From: Octopus sinensis
Taxonomy: Eukaryota
NCBI RefSeq assembly: GCF_006345805.1
Contig: NW_021827550.1
Span: 1-28,353, forward strand
Direction of reading: 5' to 3'
DNA length: 28,353 bases
Below are positions 1 to 10,299 of this stretch, in pieces. Both the position numbers and the translations under genes were made by a program. Every line of letters starts with the position of its first letter. The first letter of the stretch is position 1. Below the pieces are notes generated by a model that worked only from the letters and a program-made list of their open reading frames with translations, was not told where the DNA came from and did not search any database.

Positions 1-342
1 AACATACATATATATGTATGTATATGCCGGTATTATCTTATACATACATATATTATGTTGCACAGTCAAAATTATCTTTTATTTCTCTATTGGTAATTAA
101 TATAGCAATCGTTCATAATTAATACAGCAATCGTTCGCCCTCGAAAGTAGGGAATTTTACCGTCAACTTCTCATCTTATCCATTTATTTATGTTTTCCGA
201 CAATGGCTTTTGTGGGGAAACTTTAAAATTGCCTATGATAACAACCCGACTCGCGTAAGTTAAGAAAAATTCTAATATGCTCCAGTCAACTGTTAAAATA
301 ATCGGTAATAAAAACATCGAACAGCGTCTTTTTCACCGCCTG

Positions 343-577
343 ACAGGGATGTAAACACGCCAACATCGGTTGTCAAGCGGTGGTGGTGGGACAAACAGAG
401 ACAAAAAGATACACACATAGATATATACATATAAGTTGGACTTCTTTCAGTTTCCATCTATCAAATCCACTCACAAGGCTTTGATCGGCACGAGACTATA
501 GTAGAAAACACTTACTAAACCCGGAACCATGTGGTTGAGAGAAGCAAGCTTCTTACCACGCAACCACGCCTGCGCCT
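343..577 (-). mobile_element. tRNA-derived SINE, family B (5' half)
   Basis: Minus strand begins AGGCGCAGGCGTGGTTGCGTGGTAAGAAGCTTGC...GGTTCCGGGTTTAG (A/B-box-like). Homologous to 7601-8004 and 13984-14371. Confidence 0.85.
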
Positions 578-832
578 ATTGAAAAAATTTATTACACACT
601 TAAAAATAAGACAAAAATATATATGAATCGCAACTTGGGAAGTCTGTAATTCTTCCATAATCCATTCATATAAAAAATAATCCTTTACTGTTTTATTAGT
701 TTCAGCTCGAGAGTTATGGCCAAGCTGGGGCATCGCCGTTCAACTTAATGCAACATTTCACCAATAGTGTGTCCCACATCGAATAGAAAAAAAATATGTA
801 ATTAACCGGTTAATATTATTCCTACTATGAAA

Positions 833-1050
833 GCGACCAGCTGGCAGAAACGTTAGCACGCCGGGCGAAATGCTGAGCAGTATTTCGCCCATCGCTACGT
901 TCTGAGTTCAAATACCACCTAAGACGACTTTGCCTTTTATCCTTTCGGGGGTCGATAAATTAAGCACCAGTTACGTACTGGAGTCGATCTAATCGATCGG
1001 GCCCCTCCCACCAAATTTCGGGCCTTGAGCCTAGAGTAGAAAAGAATATT
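833..1050 (+). mobile_element. tRNA-derived SINE, family A (octopus OR/OK-type)
   Basis: AGCTGGCAGAAACGTTAGCACGCCGGGCGAAATGC...GAGTTCAAAT (B-box)...CCTTTCGGGGGTCGATAAATTAAG, closely matching 13048-13275. Confidence 0.85.
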
Positions 1051-1345
1051 ACATCTATATATCTGATGGCGAACGGTTCGGTGTTTTGAAAATTTAGGCA
1101 ATTATGAATGTATCAGCCGTGCAATTAAGCAAAATCGCCTCTTTCTTTCGCTCTCTCTTTGTCACTGTCTGTTTCATTCTTTGTCACTTTCTCTTTCTCT
1201 CTTTGTGTGTGTGTATATATATATATATTCATACATACTTATATTCGAATAAATTTATATAAATAACGATAAGATCAATATTTAAATACCCATCTTATAG
1301 GTGGCCAGTATGGGAATAAAAACCTTCAAAGGTAATAATTATTTA

Positions 1346-1650
1346 AAATTATAATTTAGGGTATCTAAGAGGTACCACGACGCTGGAAATAGTAGTCAAA
1401 ACTTGACTCTAAAACCACATTAAATGTTCATACAGCACCAGGGGAGAAGACAAAGCGACAAAATAAACTAGCAAAAAAAAATACTGGATAATTCCAGATC
1501 TGGAATTATCTAGTAATTTTTTTGCTAGTTTATTTTGTCTCTTTGTCTTCTCTCTTGGTGCTGTATGAACATTTAATGTGGTTTTAGAGTCAAGTTTTGA
1601 CTGCTATTTCCAGCGTCGTGGTATCTCTTAGATACCTTAAATTATAATTT
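1346..1650. repeat. Long palindrome, ~152-bp arms, no spacer
   Basis: Centre ATAATTCCAGA|TCTGGAATTAT at 1498/1499. Arms are reverse complements with a few mismatches. Confidence 0.95.
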
Positions 1651-1869
1651 ACATATATTTGTATATATATATGTAAACATGATGCACAGACAGACAGAGA
1701 GATAGACAGACAGGCAGAGATAGATAATACACAGACAGGCAGACACAGCTTGTAATTGTATCATTTTGTTTGTATCAAACTTAGTTAAATGCTCAGTTTG
1801 TGTGTATAAATACATACAAACGTATGTGTGTGTGTGTGTTTATATGTATGTATGTGTGTGTACATATGT

Positions 1870-2075
1870 ATGTTGTCTTCTGTTTATAATTATTTCTATT
1901 CTTCCTCTGAGGAAGGAGCTGGTTTCTAACAAACACACAAATCTCCATCGTTGGAATGTAAATAACAAAAACAGTGTCGCATTTTAAACTTAAGAAAAGT
2001 CTTGCGTATTTTTACTCTGCCACTAACATTTGTAACGTGCGAGTTGATTGGTTGATTTCTTTTTCTGAAAATCCA
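1870..2075 (+). repeat. Interspersed repeat family E (unclassified)
   Basis: TTCTTCCTCTGAGGAAGGAGCTGGTTTCTAAC...CTCCATCGTTGGAATG...TTTTAAACTTAAGAAAAGTCTTGC recurs near 7000, 17240, 21500 and 25740. Confidence 0.8.
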
Positions 2076-2264
2076 GGGATCTATAATATTGTGACGGATC
2101 GTTTGAGGACTCAGATTAGTTGATCTGCTGGAAATATTAGCCAAATATCACTTGGATTACAACACTTTAGTGTCTAGAAAGGCAGAAAATACATCGAAAA
2201 ATTTGTGCCGTCAATGCTAAACAACAATAAGAACAACAGCAACATAGAGGTTTTCTGCACAACA

Positions 2265-2557
2265 AGATCCAAAATAATATCATCAAAAGTCACTTTAGGC
2301 ACCATTAACCAACAGACTTGGTAGTTTCTTGAATGAGATCAGAGTAACTACAAGAATTGCATTAATTCGGAAATCTGTTCCACTAGGAACAGCAGCGAAC
2401 GTTTGAAACTTTATCCCTATCTAAGAAAGCAAGTTACGACCCTGAATCAACATTTGTACATATCAAAGAAGAAGAAGAAGAAGAAGAAGAAGAAGAAGAA
2501 GAAGAAGAAGAAGAAGAAGAAGAAGAAGAAGAAGAAGAAGAAGAAGAAGAAGAAGAA
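2265..2557 (+). mobile_element. 3' end of an R4/Dong-like RLE non-LTR retrotransposon with (GAA)n tail
   Basis: Hand translation gives LGTI/RLGSFLNEIRVTTRIALIRKSVPLGTAANV*, resembling the GALGTI...IQK.VLLGTA C-terminus of R4/NeSL-type ORFs. A short UTR and (GAA)n at 2467-2557 follow. Confidence 0.65.
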
Positions 2558-3554
2558 AAATGGTTTCATGTTTTGACACAGGGCCAGCGACGACCTTGGC
2601 GAAATTTGAACTCAGAGCGCAAAGACGGACGAAATACTGCTAAGCATAGCTTAGTCAGGATTCTTTACTTAAAGAATAGCTTAGTTAGGATTCTTAACTT
2701 AAAGAATTAAATTCTTCATCTTCGAAGTAGGCCAAGCTACAAAAAAGCAAATGCATGAAATCCTAAAAAGTGGTGAACCGTATTTGATATCATAAATGAT
2801 GCACGGGTGTATTGGACGCCACCCCGATGTCAGCAGCATATATGCAGGCAAAGCAAGTAACATAGGCTCAACTATGCATATTGGACTCAGGGTGATTTTT
2901 TTAAAGACACTTGGGTTATGGGTATCTCATTTATATCATTGAATATGGCTATTCACTAACTACTTGCACCCCAGTTTGGTCTCTTCATTTAGACTAGTAT
3001 TTATGGTCCAACATGCCGTAATTAGAGGGAGATTCTGCTACTATGTGTTGCAGGCCTTGAGATAACATAGAGGTTACCTTGCTAGCATCAACGACGATGA
3101 TAACGTCGATGGCGAGTTACCAAATCATCCCAACTGACTGAAAATATCAGTGACGTTTCCTACCATTAAATCCACACTGCATTGTCTTAAAAATAGGGGG
3201 AAAAAAGAAAAAAAAAACGAATATATACGATATTCATGGAAGGAACACATGATCTTAGGCTTGTTTAATCAGCGCTGAACTGGAGCTAAAATACAACTCT
3301 CTAATAGTATCAGCCCCATGAACCCAAGAAGAATTCTGATGAGCGGCGAATGATTCAACTTCTTCCTCAAGCAATCTATTTCGTTTTACTTTCAGATTAA
3401 GTGGAGTGAAATACTCTGGGAGATGCATAAATGACACAAATTCCTATTTACTATTTTTATGTAAATTTATACCTCTTCAACTCTTTTAAAGAATCAGCGG
3501 ATAATTATCAGGATTTCTCACAAAGAATTGATAATAAATTATTTCAAACTTTGA

Positions 3555-3720
3555 TACGAGGACAACAATTTTAGGGAGAAAAAGAGGGTCGATTACATCA
3601 GCTTGATTGGTATTTACTTTATTGAGGTCGAAAGAATAAAAGGCAATGTCGACTTGGGCGGAGTTTGAACTCAGAATGTGTAGGCGCACAAAATGCCGTT
3701 TGGCATTTTGTTTGGTGTTG
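3555..3720 (-). mobile_element. SINE family A, degraded copy
   Basis: Reverse-complement match (AAAGGCAATGTCGAC...GAGTTTGAACTCAGAA). Confidence 0.7.
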
Positions 3721-3737
3721 TTAATGAAAAATGATAA

Positions 3738-3960
3738 TAATAATCCTTTCTACTGGAAGCACAAGGCCTTAAATTCTGGGGAGGGGATTAAGTCGATTAT
3801 ATGAACCTCAGTACGTAACTGGTACTAATTTTACCGACCCCGAAAGTATGAAAAGCAAAGTCGACTCCCGGCAACATTTGAACTCAGAACATGGAGAGAA
3901 GTGAACTGCCGCTTAGCATTTCCGCCGGTGTGCTAACGAGCCTGTCAGCTCACCGCCTTT
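3738..3960 (-). mobile_element. SINE family A
   Basis: Minus strand starts AAGGCGGTGAGCTGACAGGCTCGTTAGCACACCGGCGGAAATGCTAAGCGG and ends GTAGAAAGGATTATTATT. Confidence 0.85.
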
Positions 3961-3971
3961 AATAAAAATAT

Positions 3972-3989
3972 AACAACAACAACAACAGC

Positions 3990-4054
<65 letters not shown>

Positions 4055-4066
4055 TAATAATAACAA
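3972..4066. repeat. (CAA)n/(TAA)n microsatellite
   Basis: Seen directly. Confidence 0.95.
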
Positions 4067-4188
4067 TTAGTAATTTCTAACTTAGATCCCAGTTTAAGAA
4101 CACTCACGATTATGTTGACCTTAAATAATAAACAATAACTATGGTAATAATGATGATGATGATGATGATGAGGTCAGTGGCAACTCAC

Positions 4189-4368
4189 CCCTCCCCACAA
4201 AGAAAATAAGAAGAGAAAAGAAAACATCCAAATCGAAATAAAGCATAACAGGTGAGGCTTGCAGGTCTCCGAAAGTGAAACTGCAGTTGTGGGAGGGGAA
4301 ACGTGAGGGTGTGTCGTTGTTGTAAAGTGGGCGGCACACATGAGTGTTGATTTAACAGAAGGACCCGT
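4189..4368 (-). other. Candidate 180-bp host exon
   Basis: Acceptor ttgtcattgtcctag| and donor GGG|gtgagt flank unique sequence. Phase-0 frame is open: TGPSVKSTLMCAAHFTTTTHPHVSPPTTAVSLSETCKPHLLCFISIWMFSFLFLFSLWGG. No homology recognised. Confidence 0.3.
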
Positions 4369-4453
4369 CTAGGACAATGACAATAGAAACTAAACAAGCA
4401 TATATATATATATATATATACTACATATAAATCGACAAATGCTGCACATATAT

Positions 4454-4507
<54 letters not shown>

Positions 4508-4694
4508 TCACTCACACACATGTATACTTACATAGACTGTGTATGTTTATACATATCCACATACATACGAGTGTATGTATATATATAGAAACACTCACAT
4601 TATGTGTAACATATACAACATGTATATAGACACGTGTGTGCGTGCGTGCTTGTGTGTGTATGTGTGTGTGTGTGTGTATGTGTGTGTGTATGTG

Positions 4695-4734
<40 letters not shown>

Positions 4735-5055
4735 CAAAATCCTTGCAAGTATTTTTGCCTTGATTTCCACATTATTTCCGATCTTTTCTCCATCCTTTTA
4801 AAATCAATGTCTGTATTCCGAAGAATGGTTTTGTCCGAAACGTCATAATTAACCTTTTCCATTTCCCACAACGGCAAACTAATAAATGTTGATCAAAAAC
4901 TTATTTCATTTTACTCTTTTCTTTCGCTTCGCGCTCACTTTCTGTTTCCTCTCTATCTCTGTCTCGCCTTGCTTTCTTCTTCTTCTTCTCTCTCTCTCGC
5001 TCTCTCTTTCTGCGTACGCGCGTGTATTAGTATATCTCTGTGTGTACTGTGTGAG

Positions 5056-5111
<56 letters not shown>

Positions 5112-5116
<5 letters not shown>

Positions 5117-6190
5117 GTGTGTGTGTTTGATTCATTTAAAGCATTAACAAATTATAAAATAAATACTTTTCATACAAACACATGAAATATATTTAATAAT
5201 TAAAGTTTAGAAACACCTTTGAAAGTGTGTGGTCGATGTTGTTGTTGTTATTGTTGCTGTCGCTTAATTCTAAGACAGCTTCAGCTTAAACAGTTCTGGG
5301 AATATCTTGTCCCTTTTATTTTACGCCGCACAATATCAAAGTTCTTTTAAGATGTCGCGGTGTATAAAAATTGAGGAAAATTCGGTGGCTGTTACGTTAT
5401 TATGCAGTTGTGTGTGTGTGTCTGTGTGTCTGTGTGTGTGTGTGTGTGTGTGTGCACGCGTGCTTTGAAACAACAAAGTACCAAACGAAAATGAGCGTTG
5501 ACGAAATGGTTGTAGAATTGGTAAAGTTACAACACTTTAAGAATAGAACCAATGGGTCTGCTGTGCCATCGTTGAAACTAGTAGCATGTATATACGTCCA
5601 TGTGTCTATGTATGTGTGTGTGTGTTTGTGTGTGTGTGTGTTGTGTGTGTGTGTGTGTGTGTGTGTTTGATTCATTTAAAGCATTAACAAATTATAAAAT
5701 AAATACTTTTCATACAAACACATGAAATATATTTAATAATTAAAGTTTAGAAACACCTTTGAAAGTGTGTGGTCGATGTTGTTGTTGTTATTGTTGCTGT
5801 CGCTTAATTCTAAGACAGCTTCAGCTTAAACAGTTCTGGGAATATCTTGTCCCTTTTATTTTACGCCGCACAATATCAAAGTTCTTTTAAGATGTCGCGG
5901 TGTATAAAAATTGAGGAAAATTCGGTGGCTGTTACGTTATTATGCAGTTGTGTGTGTGTGTCTGTGTGTCTGTGTGTGTGTGTGTTGTGTGTGTGTGTGT
6001 GCACGCGTGCTTTGAAACAACAAAGTACCAAACGAAAATGAGCGTTGACGAAATGGTTGTAGAATTGGTAAAGTTACAACACTTAAGAATAGAACCAATG
6101 GGTCTGCTGTGCCATCGTTGAAACTAGTAGCATGTATATACGTCATGTGTCTATGTATGTGTGTGTGTGTGTGTGTTTGTGTGTGGTGTG
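5112..6190. repeat. Tandem duplication, 540-bp unit x2
   Basis: Sequence from 5126 (TTTGATTCATTTAAAGC) repeats from 5666. Differences are only (GT)n length and 1-nt indels. Confidence 0.95.
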
Positions 6191-6370
6191 TGTGTGGTTG
6201 TGTGGTGTGTGTGTGTGTGAGTGTGCGTGCATGTATATACGTATACATATATATATTATATATATATATATATATACATATATATAACCGAGTATTACCA
6301 TTCTGGTTGATAACTGATGAAGAATTAGGGACCCTTTATGTCTTATACGTATACGTATATATATATATAC

Positions 6371-6423
<53 letters not shown>

Positions 6424-6606
6424 ATATATATATTATGTATATTGGTAAAAACGGTAAGATAACAAATATATGTATGTATATATATATAATATATATATAT
6501 ATAATTAATCAATATAGGGTGGCAAAAAAATTTTGTAGAATTTTTTTTGCCACCAGCGGCCTAGTGGGAAAAAATTAAATAGTCATAGACCATTTTTAAG
6601 TTCAAC

Positions 6607-6830
6607 ATCAACAATCAAGGAACGGCCATAATAGGCCATTCACCCACTAGAAATAACAGCCAAAGCTTCAACCGCAATAAAAATCAATTCCGTAAACCGG
6701 GAGAAAATTTACAGGGTAAATGTTTTTTAAATTTTCTCCTGGTTTACCGAATTGATTTTTATTTGCGGTTGAAGCTTTGGTGTTATTTCTAGTGGGTGAA
6801 TGGCCTATTATGGCCGTTCCTTGATTGTTG

Positions 6831-6832
<2 letters not shown>
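6607..6832. repeat. Inverted repeat, ~105-bp arms, 16-bp spacer
   Basis: 6607-6711 (ATCAACAATCAAGGAACGGCC...) is the reverse complement of 6728-6832. The right arm abuts (TA)n. Confidence 0.95.
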
Positions 6833-6900
<68 letters not shown>

Positions 6901-7336
6901 ATATATTATATATATATATATGTATATGTATATATGTATGTATGTATATGTATGTATGCATGTATGTATGTATGTATGTACATGAATATTTTTCGTCACT
7001 TTATTTCTTCCTGTAAGAAAGTAGCAAGTTTCTAACAAAAAAAAAGAAAATTATTTCGATGGAGTTTGGGTAAAAGGCCTACCACACCGTCTGTCAAATT
7101 CATTCACAAATGATTAGCGGGACCCAGGGCTATAGTAGAAACACATACCCAAGGTGCCTGGCCTGAACCACACACTGCCAAGTTTGCGCTGTATTACACT
7201 TGCATTACACTTACAGAAAACAAAGACTCGCCCGTCCGTGCATATTCACACATACATATTTATGCACATCTATATGAATTGACAAACGGGAGAAACAGCA
7301 CTCGCCACATGTTTGTTGACTGAACCTAATTCGGTT

Positions 7337-7355
7337 AGGGTTAGGGTTAGGGTTA
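7337..7355 (+). repeat. Short interstitial (TTAGGG)n tract
   Basis: GGTTAGGGTTAGGGTTAGGGTTAG begins near 7333. Confidence 0.7.
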
Positions 7356-7600
7356 GACGTCGGAATAAAAGTAGGAATAATGAGCTTGTTGATAAAATCT
7401 ACTTCAGCACCCTCCCCTCAAAATGTTTGGCTTGTGCAGAAGTTCTAAAAGTTAGCGTAAACGCCAGAGTCTTAACGGATTTATGAATAAATATACGGAA
7501 ACGAAATCTAAAATAAAATGATATGTACACACACACACAAACACACACGAATACCCGCGCGCACATGTATGCATGCTTATATATATATATATATATATAT

Positions 7601-8004
7601 ACTCTTTACTCTTTTACATGTTTCAGTCATTTGACTGCGGCCATGCTGGAGCACCGCCTTTAGTCGAGCAACTCGACCCCAGGACTTATTCTTTGTAAGC
7701 CTAGTACTTATTCTATCGGTCTCTTTAGCCGAACCGCTAAGTTACGGGGACATAAACACACCAGCATCGGTTGTCAAGCGATGTTGGGAGGACAAACACA
7801 GATACACAAACACACACACATATAAATATATACATATACACGACAGGCTTCTTCCAGTTTCCGTCTACCAAATCCACTCACAAGGCTTTGGTCGGCCCGA
7901 GGCGATAGTAGAAGACACTTGCCCAAAGTGACACGCAGTGGGACTGAACCCGGAACCATGTGGTTGGTAAGCAAGCTACTTACCACACAGCCACTCCTGC
8001 ACCT
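7601..8004 (-). mobile_element. SINE family B, full length (~400 bp)
   Basis: Head GGTGCAGGAGTGGCTGTGTGGTAAGTAGC, B-box GGTTCAGTCCC, internal TA/TG microsatellite, tail GTAAAAGAGTAAAGAGT, flanked by (TA)n. Confidence 0.9.
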
Positions 8005-8029
8005 ATATATATATATTCTTTTATTGTTT

Positions 8030-8222
8030 TTTCTTTCAGTTATTTGACTGCGGGAATGCTGGAGCACCGTATTTAGTCGAACAGACCGACCCAGGACGTA
8101 TTCTTTGTAAGCCTAATACTCATGCTATCGGCCACTTTTGTCGAACGACTATGTTACGGGGGCATAAACATACCAACTTCGGATGTCAAGCGATTGTGGG
8201 GAGACAAACACAGACGCACAAA
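8030..8222 (-). mobile_element. SINE family B, 3' half
   Basis: Diverged copy of 7620-7805. Confidence 0.8.
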
Positions 8223-8392
8223 CAACAACGCGAGGACGTGGTACAAGTGCTGTGTTATTGGACGCTCAAGAAAGGAAAGAAAAGAAACAGGATTTCACGT
8301 TTCGAGCGGAGCTCTTCATCAGAAATATAGAAAAAGTGCAAAGAAGGGAAGACGAAGAAAGAAAATCGCCAACGATGCACTCGCGGTCACAT
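8222..8392 (-). mobile_element. Short hammerhead-bearing element, family C
   Basis: Homologous to 27252-27460 (AACGCGAGGACGTGG...GTGTTATTGGAC...AAAATCGCCAACGAT...GGTCACA). Confidence 0.8.
8292..8326 (-). ncRNA. Minimal type I hammerhead motif (GUG at cleavage site, probably inactive)
   Basis: Minus strand: attt CTGATGA a gagc-tcc-gctc GAAAC GT G aaat. Stems I and II pair. Confidence 0.7.
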
Positions 8393-8409
8393 ATCAATAT
8401 ATATATATA

Positions 8410-8610
8410 TATAACGGGAAGGTTTACAAAAATAAACAAAAGACGAAGGCAGGTGGAGTACAAACAAACAAATGTATTAGTATGGCGCTCAGGAATAGAA
8501 ATAGAACAAGTCTTTTACGTTTCGAGCCTACGCTCTTCGACAAAAAGATACACAGAAAAAAAACAAGGAGAGAGAAAAATGCGTGTAGGAGCTAACGATC
8601 TATCATGGCG

Positions 8611-8612
<2 letters not shown>
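8410..8612 (-). mobile_element. Short hammerhead-bearing element, family D
   Basis: Reverse-complement homologue of 27838-28010, bounded by (TA)n on both sides. Confidence 0.75.
8511..8548 (-). ncRNA. Hammerhead-like motif with variant core
   Basis: Minus strand: tcttt TTGTCGA a gagc-gtag-gctc GAAAC GT A aaaga. Confidence 0.55.

Positions 8613-8705
<93 letters not shown>
8613..8705. repeat. (TA)n microsatellite
   Basis: Seen directly. Confidence 0.95.
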
Positions 8706-8708
<3 letters not shown>

Positions 8709-9339
8709 ACTAAGCGGAGCAGGAGGACACCCGTGGACGGAAAGCTTGGTTGAAGAGGTCACAGATGTGTGACTAAAGATTTCTAGATAATGGGCATAAG
8801 ATAGAATAAGAACAATAATAAATTAGTGAAGAACGAATATACAGTGCGTGTGTTTATTTGGCAAAAAAAAGTGACCGTCCCGAAACCTAGCAATATTTAT
8901 ATACTGTATGTATATATGCATAAATAGAGAGAGAGAGAGAGACAGGAAAGGGGAGAGATAAGGAGAGAGAGGGAGAGAGGGGTAAGAGAGAGAAAGAGAG
9001 AAAGAGAGAGAGACAAAGACACACATGCACGAACACACACACATACACACACGCACACGTACACGCACACAGAGTCACGACCAGCATTTAACCTGCCGGT
9101 ACTTGTGAACACTTAACAGCCGACTGAGGAGACGTCTCTAAGTCCAGCCTCTCCTCATCGTATCCCGGGGTAGAGGGAAGAAGATTGGGTAGAGGCTGTG
9201 TTAGCCCTGATAGGTGCTAAGCCGGGTGCTTGAAGTAGATGATGGGCGTGGCCAACGACCATGACGCCACTAAATCGTGTTAACTATATCTGTTACTCCG
9301 TTAATGTTGCTCTTTACTGAGGCTAGTTAAATAATAAAA

Positions 9340-9396
<57 letters not shown>

Positions 9397-9465
9397 TTAA
9401 TAATGATATAATCCCCTTTCGTCTCTGGTTGCAGCTTTTATAAATTAAAGCGAAGGCACAAAACA

Positions 9466-9651
9466 TAATCCTTTCTACAAAAGGCACAAAGCCAGCAATT
9501 TGTGGAGGAGGATAGTCAATTACATCGACTTTGTGCCCAACTTGTACTTTATTTATCGATCCCGAAAGGATGAAAGGTAAAGTTGAACCCAGATCGTAAA
9601 GACGGACGAGATGCCGCTAAGCATTTCGTCCAATGCGCTAAAATTCTGCCA

Positions 9652-9652
<1 letters not shown>
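9466..9652 (-). mobile_element. SINE family A, degraded copy
   Basis: Minus strand CTGGCAGAATTTTAGCGCATTGGACGAAATGCTTAGCGG...TTTCATCCTTTCGGGATCGATAAAT. Confidence 0.8.
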
Positions 9653-9706
<54 letters not shown>

Positions 9707-9719
9707 CAACAACAACAAC

Positions 9720-9760
<41 letters not shown>

Positions 9761-9797
9761 TAATAATAATAATAATAATAATAACAATAATAATAAC

Positions 9798-9853
<56 letters not shown>

Positions 9854-9859
9854 CAATAA
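9653..9859. repeat. (TAA)n microsatellite with CAA interruptions
   Basis: Seen directly. It produces the poly-I/Y/L ORFs in the track. Confidence 0.95.
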
Positions 9860-10299
9860 TTTGGGCACAAGGCGTAGGAGATAATACAAAGAAAAGTAAA
9901 GGAGAAAGAAAATGATTCAATGATGAGTCAACAAGAAAAAAGACAAATAAATAAATAATAATAATTACAAAAAATAAAGAGTTTCCAAAATGTAACTGGT
10001 AAACACACTCCACCCCAGACTGACCAGACACAATCACCAAAGACAAGCAAGTATTTTTTTGGCTGGTCTTGCTACCAATTTGCTTAAGATTTTGTCATCT
10101 CATTTCATCAAACCAATTTCATCATTCACTCCAACTTTTCATTAAATTTTCTGCGGTGGGGGAGCATTTTTCCTTTCTAGCAAATCTTTCCTCTCTTCAA
10201 GAGGAATTTGAAGATGTTGATGAGGATTTGCTTAAAGAGGAAATGATCAATCCTTACATTTTTTCAATCGCTCCCGCCTCTCAACTTCTTTTTCCATCA

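Noticed and set aside
833-920. tRNA-like A/B boxes
   Set aside because: SINE heads. No cloverleaf, and they continue into a repeat body.
2646-2705. 30-bp direct repeat x2 (also short repeats at 11506-11556 and 11635-11685)
   Set aside because: Local slippage without spacers. Not CRISPR.
8122-8713. 157-aa and 176-aa ORFs
   Set aside because: They span a SINE, antisense of families C and D, and (TA)n. No protein motif.
9124-9160. CTGAGGA half-core
   Set aside because: No downstream GAAA or stems.
9549-10046. Poly-I/Y/L ORFs
   Set aside because: (TAA)n repeat plus SINE sequence.
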